DNA of 64,000 nucleotides, taken from the IMG/VR virus record IMGVR_UViG_3300035670_000174, positions 3,960 through 67,959 of that record, one strand, 5' to 3'. The notes under the pieces are model-generated. The model was given only the letters and a program-made list of their open reading frames with translations, was not told the origin of the DNA and did not search any database. The number at the start of each line of letters is the position of its first letter. The first letter of the stretch is position 1. The translations under genes and the position numbers were made by a program. Origin of the DNA: a virus. Positions 24,679 to 35,309 of the stretch are shown piece by piece.

Positions 24679-27600
24679 TGAATTTTTACTATGGTGTTGT
24701 AGAAAATAGACAAGATCCATTAAGACTTGGTCGTTGCCAAGTCAGGGTTGTTGGATTACACACGCACGATAAATCTCAGTTACCTACTGCAGATTTACCA
24801 TGGGCAGTTCCAGTTCAACCTGTTACATCCGCTGCTATGAATGGTATTGGATATTCCCCAATTGGTCCAGTCGAAGGAACATCAGTAATTATAATTTTTG
24901 CTGATGATGGTCATCAGCAACCTATTATGATTGGTACTGTAGGTGGTGTCCCAAGTGCGCCAGGAAATATTGATCAAGATGATGAAACTCCTATTGTTCG
25001 ACCAACTAAGATTAAAGATTTACAGCTTAGAACTATCCCTGGACCAGTATCTGGTAAAACTATAACATTTTATGATCCAGATACCAACAATCAAAATTTA
25101 ACAGCACCACTAAAAGCCAACATGAAAGTTTTTGGCTTTAGTATTCCGCAAGGAACTTTTATTGTTTCTGTTAATAATGGAACACAGATCACAATTAGTA
25201 ATCCAGTTTCAGAATATAAAGAAAATATTATAACATTTGAAGATGTTCCAACAAATTTAGAAGCAGTAAATCAAAGTAAAGTACAATCTTATCTTATTGA
25301 TAGCAGTGGAAATACAGTTGTTTCTGGTTCTGGTGATCCAATTACCACTGGTTCTACATCATCAAATCCAGTTAAACAGACTCCAGTTAATTCTTCAATA
25401 CCAACTATTCCACCAGCAAAATCTTCTTCAAATCCAAGTAAATCGTCAGAAGGTATTAAAGCGTTACTTGTTGCTTGCGACAAAGTTGGATTGACAACTA
25501 AAGAGCAGAAGTGCGCTTTGCTTGGGATTGCTGGAGGTGAGTCTCGTTGGATTCCTCAATTAGAATCTTTTAATTATAGCCCATCTAGACTTAAACAGAT
25601 ATACTCTTTTGCTACAGAAGAAGATATTCAAAAATATTCTAATGCTTCTAGAAAAGGTATCACAAGAGAAGAATTCTTTTCTTGGGCTTATGGACCAACT
25701 AAACGTGGTAAAAATTTCTTAGGAAATGAAACTGATGCAGATGGCGGTAAATATTTTGGTCGTGGATTTATCCAGCTAACAGGTAAGGCTAATTATAGAA
25801 GATATCAAAATTTAGCTAATCAAATGGGATTGTCTTTAGACATTGTAAACAATCCAGATTCTTTAGATGCAGACATTAATATTTCTGCTCTTATTGCTGC
25901 TCTTTATTTTAAAGACAGAGTTAAAGGTGTTTCACCTAATGCACATCCAGGATATTTCCTTGCTGCTAAAAAAGCAGTTGGAGTTAATTCACCAGATATC
26001 GCTGCATTAAAACAATCATATTATGAGTATTTTTATGGACAACCAGGAATAGGTGGAGAAGAAAAAGATGCTGGTGCGCCAATTGCTGAACCACCAGTAG
26101 ATGGAAGTTCAGAGCCTGGACCATCTAAGAAAAGTATTCAAACTGGTTCCAACACAATAGGTTTTAGAGATCCAAATAACAAATATCCACTTAATGAGTA
26201 TATTGGTGAACCAGATACAAACAGATTAAGTCGTGGGATTATTGATGGTACAATTGTTAAGAAAAAAGATAATCTTAGAGTTAGATCTGTTCCAAAAGCA
26301 TTAAATGGTGGAACATGGGATCAACCAGAATCTGTGTATGGTGCAAAGTATCCATTTAATAAAGTATTTGAAACAGAATCTGGTCATGTTCAAGAATTTG
26401 ATGACACTCCAGGTTACGAAAGAATAAACACATATCATAGATCTGGTACATTTACTGAGATCGACCCAAATGGTGTTCAAGTCAATTACATTGTAGGTGA
26501 CAGTTTTGTTTTAATAGAAAAGAATGGATGTATCCGAGTTGCTGGCGAATGTAATATTACTGTTGATGGTAATACAAACATTTATGCCAGAACAGATGCA
26601 AATATCCAAGTCGAACAAAACGCTACTGTTAAAGTGGGTAATAATTTAGATCTTGGAGTCGCAACAGATTTTACTCTCGCTGTTGGTGGAGATTTTAGAG
26701 TTAAAGTTGCTGGAGACTATCAGATCCAAGCAGCAAATATTAGTCAAAAGTCTAATGATAAAGTTAACATAGAAGCTGCGGGAGAAGCCAATTATCTATC
26801 TGGATCTTCCACAAGAATGGATTACTCCGAAGGTCAATTTGGTAATGGTGCTGAAGGTGCTGTTCCTGTCGATATAGTTCCACCAGAATTAGGAAACCCA
26901 GTAAATCCGATTATTCCATATGCAATTCCTCCAGAAAGAGAATTCGAAGAAAAGACAACTGCAGAAACACCAGAAGATTATGATACACCAGAAGGAAGAA
27001 AATCTTCATCAGAACAGGCAAGAACCGAAGGCGTAGTTGGCGGTGGTGTAGTAGTTGCTGCAGAAGAAGCAGAACCTACTGGTGGAGGTGGAACTCAGAA
27101 AACAGTAGAATGCAAATTAATCTATACTACTAAAGAATTTGGTAATGATTATAGACTATCTAAGAACTTCACTGTTGGTATGTTAATTGATGGTGGTATT
27201 AATGGAAGACATAGATTAGTCGATCAGTTGCTTTCTAATGGTAAGGAACAAAGAATATATACTGTCGGCGAAATAGTATGTAACATGGCTAATATGGCTG
27301 AAAATTTATTAGAACCAGCATTAGAAATTCTTCCTGGCGGAATTGGTGGATACAAAACTCAATGGAGAATTAACTCTGGATATCGTCTAAAAGGTGTTAT
27401 TGGTGCTGTAGAATCTCCAGTATCTCAACACCCCAAAGGACAAGCTGTAGATATTGGAATTTTATTACCAGATAGAATTGGTAAAACATATGAAATTATC
27501 CAAAAGATGGAGCGTTCCTTACCATATGACCAGTTAATTTTAGAATATCGTTATCCAAGTTCAGTTTGGATCCATGCATCGTATACACCTACTGGACCAA

Positions 27601-27707
27601 GAAAGATGGCATTTACTATGGTTAATGATAAAGTCTACAAGAGAAATGCACAAGGTATACCAACTGGATTTGTTTTAGTGAATGATATTCCACCGAAAGC
27701 AGCATAA
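24678..27707 (+). CDS. gp5: Baseplate central spike gp5 with GH19-like and peptidase M15 domains
   Basis: OB-fold GVVE.R.DPL.LGR..VRV.G.H; GRGFIQLTG; YP.N.V.ETESGH..E.DDTPG.ERI; C-terminal NSGYR...SQH.KG.AVDI...WIH. Confidence 0.92.
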   Translation: MNFYYGVVENRQDPLRLGRCQVRVVGLHTHDKSQLPTADLPWAVPVQPVTSAAMNGIGYSPIGPVEGTSVIIIFADDGHQQPIMIGTVGGVPSAPGNIDQDDETPIVRPTKIKDLQLRTIPGPVSGKTITFYDPDTNNQNLTAPLKANMKVFGFSIPQGTFIVSVNNGTQITISNPVSEYKENIITFEDVPTNLEAVNQSKVQSYLIDSSGNTVVSGSGDPITTGSTSSNPVKQTPVNSSIPTIPPAKSSSNPSKSSEGIKALLVACDKVGLTTKEQKCALLGIAGGESRWIPQLESFNYSPSRLKQIYSFATEEDIQKYSNASRKGITREEFFSWAYGPTKRGKNFLGNETDADGGKYFGRGFIQLTGKANYRRYQNLANQMGLSLDIVNNPDSLDADINISALIAALYFKDRVKGVSPNAHPGYFLAAKKAVGVNSPDIAALKQSYYEYFYGQPGIGGEEKDAGAPIAEPPVDGSSEPGPSKKSIQTGSNTIGFRDPNNKYPLNEYIGEPDTNRLSRGIIDGTIVKKKDNLRVRSVPKALNGGTWDQPESVYGAKYPFNKVFETESGHVQEFDDTPGYERINTYHRSGTFTEIDPNGVQVNYIVGDSFVLIEKNGCIRVAGECNITVDGNTNIYARTDANIQVEQNATVKVGNNLDLGVATDFTLAVGGDFRVKVAGDYQIQAANISQKSNDKVNIEAAGEANYLSGSSTRMDYSEGQFGNGAEGAVPVDIVPPELGNPVNPIIPYAIPPEREFEEKTTAETPEDYDTPEGRKSSSEQARTEGVVGGGVVVAAEEAEPTGGGGTQKTVECKLIYTTKEFGNDYRLSKNFTVGMLIDGGINGRHRLVDQLLSNGKEQRIYTVGEIVCNMANMAENLLEPALEILPGGIGGYKTQWRINSGYRLKGVIGAVESPVSQHPKGQAVDIGILLPDRIGKTYEIIQKMERSLPYDQLILEYRYPSSVWIHASYTPTGPRKMAFTMVNDKVYKRNAQGIPTGFVLVNDIPPKAA

Positions 27708-28003
27708 TGCCTTCTGCATATAGAAAGGGTGATTATTCTGTTGGAGCAGATGGTGGTGCTCCAACAGAATTAACTGCTTTTAATCATTGTATTAAGACTT
27801 ATATTAATTCTAAATTAGCAGCTGTAATCGGCGATCAACATCAACCACATGTAGTTCCTCCGATACACTCTGGAAGTCAAAGAGCTATTTCTAGTGGAGC
27901 TAATAAAACATTCTGGGAAGGTGTTTTAGCAGCAAGAACTGGAGACTCGATTGCAGATGGAGATATCTGTGGAGAAGGTTCTCCAAACACTTTCATAGAA
28001 TAA
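27707..28003 (+). CDS. PAAR-like spike tip (gp5.4)
   Basis: LAARTGD.I..G.....GS..TF; follows gp5. Confidence 0.8.
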   Translation: MPSAYRKGDYSVGADGGAPTELTAFNHCIKTYINSKLAAVIGDQHQPHVVPPIHSGSQRAISSGANKTFWEGVLAARTGDSIADGDICGEGSPNTFIE

Positions 28004-28017
28004 CCTAAATAAAGAAT

Positions 28018-28410
28018 ATGGCAAGAAACACAAGACTTTTCTCAGATTTAGACTTCAATTTCACCGCTCATCCTGTGAATGGGGATGTATCACGTAGATA
28101 CGATGAGAATGCTATAAAGCAATCTATTAAAAACCTTCTTTTAACTAGAAATTTTGAAAGACCTTTCCATAGCGAAATTGGGTCACCTATTAGATCTCTT
28201 TTATTTGAAAACCCTGGACCAATGTTTACTGTTATGATGCAGAAGTCTATCATAGATGTTATTAATAACTTTGAGCCAAGAGCACAGATTATAGATGTTA
28301 CTGTTGATGATTCCAGAGATACTAATACGGTTTATGTTAGTATAGAATTTAAAATTATCAACACTGAGAGACCAGTAACTCTTGACTTTGCATTAGAGAG
28401 AACACGATAA
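28018..28410 (+). CDS. gp25: Baseplate wedge gp25
   Basis: SD.D..F..HP, AIK.S..NL..T...ERPF....G, N.EPR. Confidence 0.93.
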   Translation: MARNTRLFSDLDFNFTAHPVNGDVSRRYDENAIKQSIKNLLLTRNFERPFHSEIGSPIRSLLFENPGPMFTVMMQKSIIDVINNFEPRAQIIDVTVDDSRDTNTVYVSIEFKIINTERPVTLDFALERTR

Positions 28411-30255
28411 ATGGGAACACCAAATAACAATAGAAGATTAAATGTAGCAGAATTAGATTTTGATGCAATAAAAACTAATTTAAAAAATTATTTAAAGTCA
28501 CAAGATGAATTTTCTGACTATGACTTTGATGGTTCTGCTCTTTCTGTTCTGCTAGATGTTCTAGCATACAACACTCACTATAATGGTATCTATACCAATC
28601 TAGCAGTTAATGAGATGTTTTTAGACTCAGCGTCTAAAAGATCCTCAGTCGTTTCTCTTGCTAAAATGTTGGGATATACTCCAAGATCTGCTAAATGCGC
28701 GACTGCAGTAGTTAATCTAACTGTTACATCGCCAACATCTTCTCCAGATTCCGTCACATTACCAGCAAATCAAGCGTTTCTTACAAATATTGATAATGTG
28801 ACATATACGTTTTATAATGTCGAAGACGTAACAATTACACCTAATACATCTGGTTCTTATATTTTCTCTAATTTAAAAATTATTGAAGGTACACCATTAC
28901 AATATAAATTTGTTGTTGCTGCTGGATCTAGATTTATTATTCCTAACGCAAATGTCGATATTTCTACCATTAGTGTTAAAGTGCAAGAAAATGCTTCTAC
29001 AGACGTATACCAAACATATACATTGTCTGATAATATCGCATCAGTGACATCTTCTTCTAAAGTCTTTTATCTTAAAGAAATTGATGGTGGACTTTATGAA
29101 ATAATTTTTGGTGATGACAACATTTCTAAAGCGTTAAGCATTGGTAATGTGGTTACTGTAGATTATTTTATTTCTAGTTTAGAGGCTCCAAATAATGCAA
29201 ATGTGTTTTCATACAATGGGGTTACTCTTCTAGGAAGCAACTTAACAGTAACAACAGTTTCAAAAGCAACTGGCGGTGCAGAGCCTGAAGATATCAACAG
29301 CATTAAATTTAATGCACCAAGATTGTATTCTGCTCAAAACAGAGCAGTTACACCAGATGACTATAAGACTATTATCTACAATCTATTCCCACAAGCAAAA
29401 TCAGTAACAGTTTGGGGTGGTGAGGATAATAATCCTCCTGTTTATGGTAAAACATATGTTTGTGTTAAACCAAAAGAAGCTGACAGACTAACTAACATAG
29501 AAAAAGATTCTATCAAGAATAACATTCTTGCTTCTAGAAACATTGTTTCTATTTTCCCAGAAATTGTTGACCCAGAATATTTTGATGTTCTAGTCACTTC
29601 TTATGTCCATTATAATCCAAGAGAAACTAGTAGCACTCCATCTCAGATTGAGAGCACTGTTAAAGCTGCTTTATTAGATTATAATGAGACCGAGTTACAG
29701 AGATTTGATAGTATTCTTAGATTCTCTAAGATGTCAAGAATTATTGATGAATGCGATCCATCAATTACGAATAATACCACAAGAATTTTAATCAGAAGAA
29801 CATTTGAGCCAATTTATAATATTTCTAGCGAATATAAATTAAATCTAATCAACCCTATTTCTAAAGCTGGAAATAAAGAGGGTGATGTGTTTTCTTCTAG
29901 TGGTTTCTTTATCCCAAACAGTACACAAGTTCATTATCTTGATGATGATGAAAATGGTAACATTAGATTATACTATTTGAATACAAACTTTGATAAAGTT
30001 ATTGTTAACTCTACTATTGGAACAATTAACTATGATGCTGGTTTGGTAGTTGTTAGAAACCTTAATATAACTTCATTAAATGATGGAACATTAGACTTTA
30101 TTATTCGCCCAGCTTCTTATGATGTAGTATCAGCGTTAAATCAAATCGTTGAAATTTCTCAAGCAGATTTAAATATTACAGCCATAGCAGACAATACAAA
30201 TAATGGCGACTTAGGCGCAGGATACAATTACATCTTTAATTCAATTAGATCATAA
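28411..30255 (+). CDS. gp6: Baseplate wedge gp6
   Basis: LDFD.IK..L, DYDF.GS.L..L.DVLAYNTHY, QNRAVT..DY, WGGEDN.PP.YG. Confidence 0.95.
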   Translation: MGTPNNNRRLNVAELDFDAIKTNLKNYLKSQDEFSDYDFDGSALSVLLDVLAYNTHYNGIYTNLAVNEMFLDSASKRSSVVSLAKMLGYTPRSAKCATAVVNLTVTSPTSSPDSVTLPANQAFLTNIDNVTYTFYNVEDVTITPNTSGSYIFSNLKIIEGTPLQYKFVVAAGSRFIIPNANVDISTISVKVQENASTDVYQTYTLSDNIASVTSSSKVFYLKEIDGGLYEIIFGDDNISKALSIGNVVTVDYFISSLEAPNNANVFSYNGVTLLGSNLTVTTVSKATGGAEPEDINSIKFNAPRLYSAQNRAVTPDDYKTIIYNLFPQAKSVTVWGGEDNNPPVYGKTYVCVKPKEADRLTNIEKDSIKNNILASRNIVSIFPEIVDPEYFDVLVTSYVHYNPRETSSTPSQIESTVKAALLDYNETELQRFDSILRFSKMSRIIDECDPSITNNTTRILIRRTFEPIYNISSEYKLNLINPISKAGNKEGDVFSSSGFFIPNSTQVHYLDDDENGNIRLYYLNTNFDKVIVNSTIGTINYDAGLVVVRNLNITSLNDGTLDFIIRPASYDVVSALNQIVEISQADLNITAIADNTNNGDLGAGYNYIFNSIRS

Positions 30256-32132
30256 TGGCAAAAGTAGATATTTGTTCTATTGTTAGAAGACAATTACCTG
30301 AATTTGTCAGGGAAGACTATCCAACATTTGTTGCGTTTGTTGAAGCATATTATCAGTTTTTAAAAACACAACAATTAAATCTAGAAGATATTAAAGATTT
30401 AGATAAAACTCTTGATAAGTTTATCATAGAGTTTAAGAAAGAACTTTCTTATAATCTTCCTGCTATTATTTCTAATGATAGATTTGTTCTAGAAAGAATT
30501 AGAGATCAATATCTTTCAAAAGGATCAGCTGCGTCTTATAAACTTCTTTTCAGATTGATGTTTGGTAAAGAAGTTCAGATTTCATATCCAGGACAACAGA
30601 TGCTTATTGCTTCTGATGGAAGATGGAATCAAGATAGTTCTATTTTTGCTAAAGTAGTATTTGGTGATCCAAACGAAATTGTTGGTAAGGTTGTTCAGAT
30701 TGAAGATGGTAATAAAATTCTTAGAGTGCAGGTTAATAAAAAGTTAGACCTGCAGGGTGAGATTGACAGAATCGTTGCGCTTGGTGGCGACATTTATGAA
30801 TTTTTCTTAGATAAGAAAATATATGGTAAAATAAATGTCGGTAACATTTTAAGATACGAAGATAAGTTTAAAGCCAATATTCTTGCAACTACTTCTGTTA
30901 TTAAAATCTATGAGGCAGGACAAGGGTTTCGTGTAGGACAAGTTTTTGAAATTAAGAGTAGTACTGGTACTGGAACTTTAATTAAAGTGACCAGAATTAA
31001 CAGTGTTGGTGGTATTGTTCACGCACAGATTATTAGATTTGGTGTAGGATATATCGCTGACTTTACTGCTTCTGTATTACCTTCAGATTCGATCACATCA
31101 AGAACTATAACCCAAGAAGAAGAGAACATATCAACAATTAGCGTTGATTCAGGATCTGGACCAATTATTGTCGGTCTTGAGCCAGAAGTAAATATTAGTG
31201 AACTCGGTTTTATTAATAGCGTTGACTATGTAGAGTCTGGATATGTAGATGGTGCCTACTCAGGAACTATTTTAAAAGAATTTTCTTTTGATGCTCAGAA
31301 TATTGTATCAAGCAATATTAAACCAGCTATCATTGAGATTAATCTAGGCGCTCTTGCAAAATATCCAGGATACTACGAAACAAATAATGGTTTTCTATCA
31401 GACTCAATTTATATTCAAGATAGTAAATACTATCAGGTTTATTCGTATGTTTTAAAAATTGATGAGAGATTATCCTCTTATAAAACCGCAGTTAAAACTA
31501 TGATTCACCCAGCAGGTGTAGCGCTGTTTGGTGAATTTGAAATTTCAAATAATTTTGACTTGGCTGTTGAACTAGAATCTCTAGTTAAGTCTCTTGGTAT
31601 TGGTGTTGAAGAGCCAGAACTTATTGTTACCGATGAGAAATTCTTAAATCTATTCACGTCTCTTTCTAGCGCACCTGTCCAGATAGTAGAGCCAACAATT
31701 AATAATTTTGTTGGTGGTGGCACTTCTATATTAACTAGCATTTTTAATAAAAATTTTACAGGAGATGATGCGGATGAAGTTACAGTATCCGACACAGAAC
31801 CTGTAGAAAAGTTATTATCTACAGAAAAGACAGAATTAGTTACTATTGATGATAGTGATTTTGATGCTTCTATTGGATTGTCATTAGCTCACAGTCAGCT
31901 TATTGATGATTCAGAGTTGTTTAGAGATGTAGGAACAAGTTTAGAGTCTCCAGAACAAGTTATTGAAGAAACTAATCTTCTGCTTGAGATGAACGACACT
32001 AAATATATGAATCCACCAATTCAATATTTGATTCAATCAGAATTTGGCTACGTAGTGCTAGATCCGTATGAAGAAGGAAATTACTTCTCAGAAATTTATG
32101 TAAATAACAGAGATGCTATTTTTAGCAGTTAA
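30255..32132 (+). CDS. Baseplate wedge initiator (gp7-like)
   Basis: Q.PEF...DY..F..F..AYY, KGS..S...LFR, QDS.YYQ..SY, HPAG. Confidence 0.75.
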   Translation: MAKVDICSIVRRQLPEFVREDYPTFVAFVEAYYQFLKTQQLNLEDIKDLDKTLDKFIIEFKKELSYNLPAIISNDRFVLERIRDQYLSKGSAASYKLLFRLMFGKEVQISYPGQQMLIASDGRWNQDSSIFAKVVFGDPNEIVGKVVQIEDGNKILRVQVNKKLDLQGEIDRIVALGGDIYEFFLDKKIYGKINVGNILRYEDKFKANILATTSVIKIYEAGQGFRVGQVFEIKSSTGTGTLIKVTRINSVGGIVHAQIIRFGVGYIADFTASVLPSDSITSRTITQEEENISTISVDSGSGPIIVGLEPEVNISELGFINSVDYVESGYVDGAYSGTILKEFSFDAQNIVSSNIKPAIIEINLGALAKYPGYYETNNGFLSDSIYIQDSKYYQVYSYVLKIDERLSSYKTAVKTMIHPAGVALFGEFEISNNFDLAVELESLVKSLGIGVEEPELIVTDEKFLNLFTSLSSAPVQIVEPTINNFVGGGTSILTSIFNKNFTGDDADEVTVSDTEPVEKLLSTEKTELVTIDDSDFDASIGLSLAHSQLIDDSELFRDVGTSLESPEQVIEETNLLLEMNDTKYMNPPIQYLIQSEFGYVVLDPYEEGNYFSEIYVNNRDAIFSS

Positions 32133-32142
32133 AGGAGATCCC

Positions 32143-32604
32143 ATGAAACAAACAATCGCAGAAAACATGAAGGCAACTGGTCTAGTTAAAGTTGTCAAGA
32201 AAAATGCTCTTGGTCAGGTTACCCAAGAGTTTGAAGTTCCTAACCTAGTTGTTACTGCAGGTAAGAACTATATTGCATCAAAAATTGTTGCAACTACTAA
32301 CAGCCCAGCTTCCATGACTCACATGGCGATCGGAACTGGAACAACTGCTGCTTCCCTTACAGACACTCAGCTAGTTACACAAACTGGTCGAGTTACTCTA
32401 TCTGGTTCTTCTGTTGCAAACAACACAATCACTTACACTGCTACTTTCCCAGCAGGTACTGGTGATGGCGCAATCACTGAAGCAGGTATTTTTAACGGAG
32501 CAACTTCTCCAGCAGCAACAATGCTATGCCGTACAACATTCCCAGTTGTCAATAAAGGTGCTGGTGACACTATTGCTATCACTTGGGTTATCACAGTAAG
32601 TTAA
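32143..32604 (+). CDS. Baseplate/tail-associated structural protein
   Basis: AAGGAG RBS before ATG 32143; NLVV..G, MAIGTG, ITEAGIF. Confidence 0.75.
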   Translation: MKQTIAENMKATGLVKVVKKNALGQVTQEFEVPNLVVTAGKNYIASKIVATTNSPASMTHMAIGTGTTAASLTDTQLVTQTGRVTLSGSSVANNTITYTATFPAGTGDGAITEAGIFNGATSPAATMLCRTTFPVVNKGAGDTIAITWVITVS

Positions 32605-32625
32605 TTTTAAAATTAGGCTTAGTAC

Positions 32626-35286
32626 ATGTCTCAAGTTACAGGCAATTCGTCTCTTATAAAAACAATATTACATAAATCTCTTGCAGAAGGGGTTTATCGT
32701 GATATTGTTACCAGAAATTCGTCTTACTATTATTTCTTAGGAAAGACATTGGAGTGGGCTAATGATGATGTTCCACCATATCCAACAGACAGTTTGGCTT
32801 ATGAGCAAGATGTTAGAAATGAAATCATAACATTTAAGCAGATTAAGCCAAACGATGTTTCATTTGTTATTCCAAGAACTAGAAATGGTTTAGATCATAA
32901 CTGGACAGCTGGTACCATTTATGACATGTATGATGATGAATACAATACTGAAATTCTTGGGCTAGATGTTATTTCTGGCGGAACAGGTTATGTGACATTG
33001 CCTACTATTACTATCAATGGAGGAGACGGAGTTGGGGCTGCGTTTACTGCAGTTGTAGATAGTAGTTCTGGACAAATTGTTGGTACTGAGTTAGTTTCAA
33101 GAGGTACTGGATATACATCTCCACCAACAGTAACAGTTACAGGTGGTGGAGGTTCTGGTGCTGTATTAAGAGCAGTTTTAAATATTGCTCCATCTGGATC
33201 TCAAAAATTAGAAGATTGCATCTTCTATGTGATGACAGATGAGTTTAATGTTTATAAATGTTTAGATAATAATAACGATTCTCCTTCTACTGTAAAACCA
33301 ACAGGAACACAGATCGAACCAATTATTCTTTCTGACGGATATGTTTGGAAATACATGTATAACGTGCCAATCGGATTAAGAAATAAGTTTTTAACTGGTG
33401 ATCAAATTCCTGTCACCAGTGCTTTAACAAATCAATTTTACAATAATGGTTCTTTAGACACTATTTCTATTTTAAACAAGGGTGCTGGATATACATCAGC
33501 AACTATTCTTGTTAATGGAGATGGTTATAGAGAGTCTGATCCAGTTTATATTGAAACTGTTGCACCGATTGATGGTGGATCTGGGTTTACTTCACCAACT
33601 ATAACATTTTCTGATCCAGTTGGTAACTCATCTCCATTCCTTGCATCAACTTCTGTTTTCTTGGGTCAAAAGTTATATAACTCTGAAAAAGATTTCTATG
33701 AAGTTATTACTCCAGGAACTCTTGGATTAAACGAGCCTACTCATAAAGAAGGTATTGTTAGAAACGGCACTGCTGTTCTAAAATATATTGGAACTACTGC
33801 TACTGGTACATTAACTGTTACTGGTGGAGTTATTACAGGTGTTAACCTTATAGGCTCTGTTAGAGATGCTATTATGGTCACTGGTGGTTCTGGATACACT
33901 TCTGTTCCAACTGTAACATTTACAGGTGGTGGTGGCACTGGCGCTGCTGGTGTTGCAAAAATGCATAATGGAAGTGTTCTTTACATTTCTATAACCAATC
34001 AAGGTAAAGGCTATACTAGCGATCCTACAATTATTATTGGAGAAGAGTGGCAAGCGTCAACAGCTGTCGAATTATATCAGCAAGTATTCTACTCAAATAG
34101 ATTGTATACTGTTACTACTGCAGGAACTACTGGAACAACTGCCCCAACCCATACTACTGGTTCCCAAACAGATGGAACTGCAGTGTTAGAATATGCTGGA
34201 ACACGCGCATCAGCAACATCTGTTAGAAAATATGGATCTGGCTACAAAACTGCTCCAGAAATAACTATCACTGGAACAAGAACAACTGATCCAGAATTTG
34301 TTGTATATACTTCTCTTTCTGATGCAAAACTGATCCCAGTTATTGATAGTGGTCAAATTACAGGAATTATTGTTGAAGATGCTGGTGTTGGATATACTTT
34401 TGCAGATCTAACTGTCATCTCAGATGGTGGCGGTACAGGTGCTGAGTTGTTAGCTAATTTAAATATTGGTAATATCGATTCACTCCAAGCAAATAATGAG
34501 ATGTTAACGGTATCAGGAACAATCGATGCAATCAAAGTTGTTAGTGGTGGTTATGCTTATGCGAATGCTACAGTTTTAATTGAAGGGGATGGAGTTAATG
34601 CAAGAGCAACTGCAGAAATTGATCCAGTAACAGGTAGTATTTCAAAGATAAATATTATCAACAGAGGTAGTGGATATACGTATGCAAATATCACTATCAC
34701 TGGTAGTGGACATGCAGCTACAGCAAGAGCAATTATTTCTCCATATGGTGGACATGGTAAAAACGCACCAGACGAATTATTTGCAAGAACTTTAATGTTT
34801 TATGGTAATGTCTCTACTGACTTGAATCAAGGTTTAGAAATTAACAACGACTATCGTCAAGTTGGAATTATCAAAAACCCAAGAGCATATAATAGCACAT
34901 CATTTTATAGCAACACTCTTGGTTCTGCATGTTTTGTGTTAGCGACTAGTATTGATCCAGAAGATTTTCCAAAAGATAGTAAAGTTTTTGTTAATAGATC
35001 TGTGAATGTTACGTCAGGTAATAACAATATTACACAAACTATTCAAAAAGCATATCGAGTAGTAACATCAACAGCAACTGCAGTACTACTACAGTCATTA
35101 GATAATGATGTTCCACAAGTTAATGATACATTTTTAAATGATGATTTACAATCATTCACAGTGGCAACAGTAGGTTATCCAAACGTAGATAAATATTCTG
35201 GTCAGATGATGTTTATCGATAATAAAGGCGGTTTCACTCCTTCGGGCGCAGAAACTGTCACATTAAGAACTGTTATAAAATTCTAA
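32626..35286 (+). CDS. Baseplate wedge gp8-like protein with inserted repeats
   Basis: FYV.T....VYKCL.N, DGY.WKYMY, GHG; multiple GG.GY...PTVT repeats. Confidence 0.8.
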   Translation: MSQVTGNSSLIKTILHKSLAEGVYRDIVTRNSSYYYFLGKTLEWANDDVPPYPTDSLAYEQDVRNEIITFKQIKPNDVSFVIPRTRNGLDHNWTAGTIYDMYDDEYNTEILGLDVISGGTGYVTLPTITINGGDGVGAAFTAVVDSSSGQIVGTELVSRGTGYTSPPTVTVTGGGGSGAVLRAVLNIAPSGSQKLEDCIFYVMTDEFNVYKCLDNNNDSPSTVKPTGTQIEPIILSDGYVWKYMYNVPIGLRNKFLTGDQIPVTSALTNQFYNNGSLDTISILNKGAGYTSATILVNGDGYRESDPVYIETVAPIDGGSGFTSPTITFSDPVGNSSPFLASTSVFLGQKLYNSEKDFYEVITPGTLGLNEPTHKEGIVRNGTAVLKYIGTTATGTLTVTGGVITGVNLIGSVRDAIMVTGGSGYTSVPTVTFTGGGGTGAAGVAKMHNGSVLYISITNQGKGYTSDPTIIIGEEWQASTAVELYQQVFYSNRLYTVTTAGTTGTTAPTHTTGSQTDGTAVLEYAGTRASATSVRKYGSGYKTAPEITITGTRTTDPEFVVYTSLSDAKLIPVIDSGQITGIIVEDAGVGYTFADLTVISDGGGTGAELLANLNIGNIDSLQANNEMLTVSGTIDAIKVVSGGYAYANATVLIEGDGVNARATAEIDPVTGSISKINIINRGSGYTYANITITGSGHAATARAIISPYGGHGKNAPDELFARTLMFYGNVSTDLNQGLEINNDYRQVGIIKNPRAYNSTSFYSNTLGSACFVLATSIDPEDFPKDSKVFVNRSVNVTSGNNNITQTIQKAYRVVTSTATAVLLQSLDNDVPQVNDTFLNDDLQSFTVATVGYPNVDKYSGQMMFIDNKGGFTPSGAETVTLRTVIKF

Positions 35287-35309
35287 GTTAAGAGTAAAGA
35301 GAAAAAACA

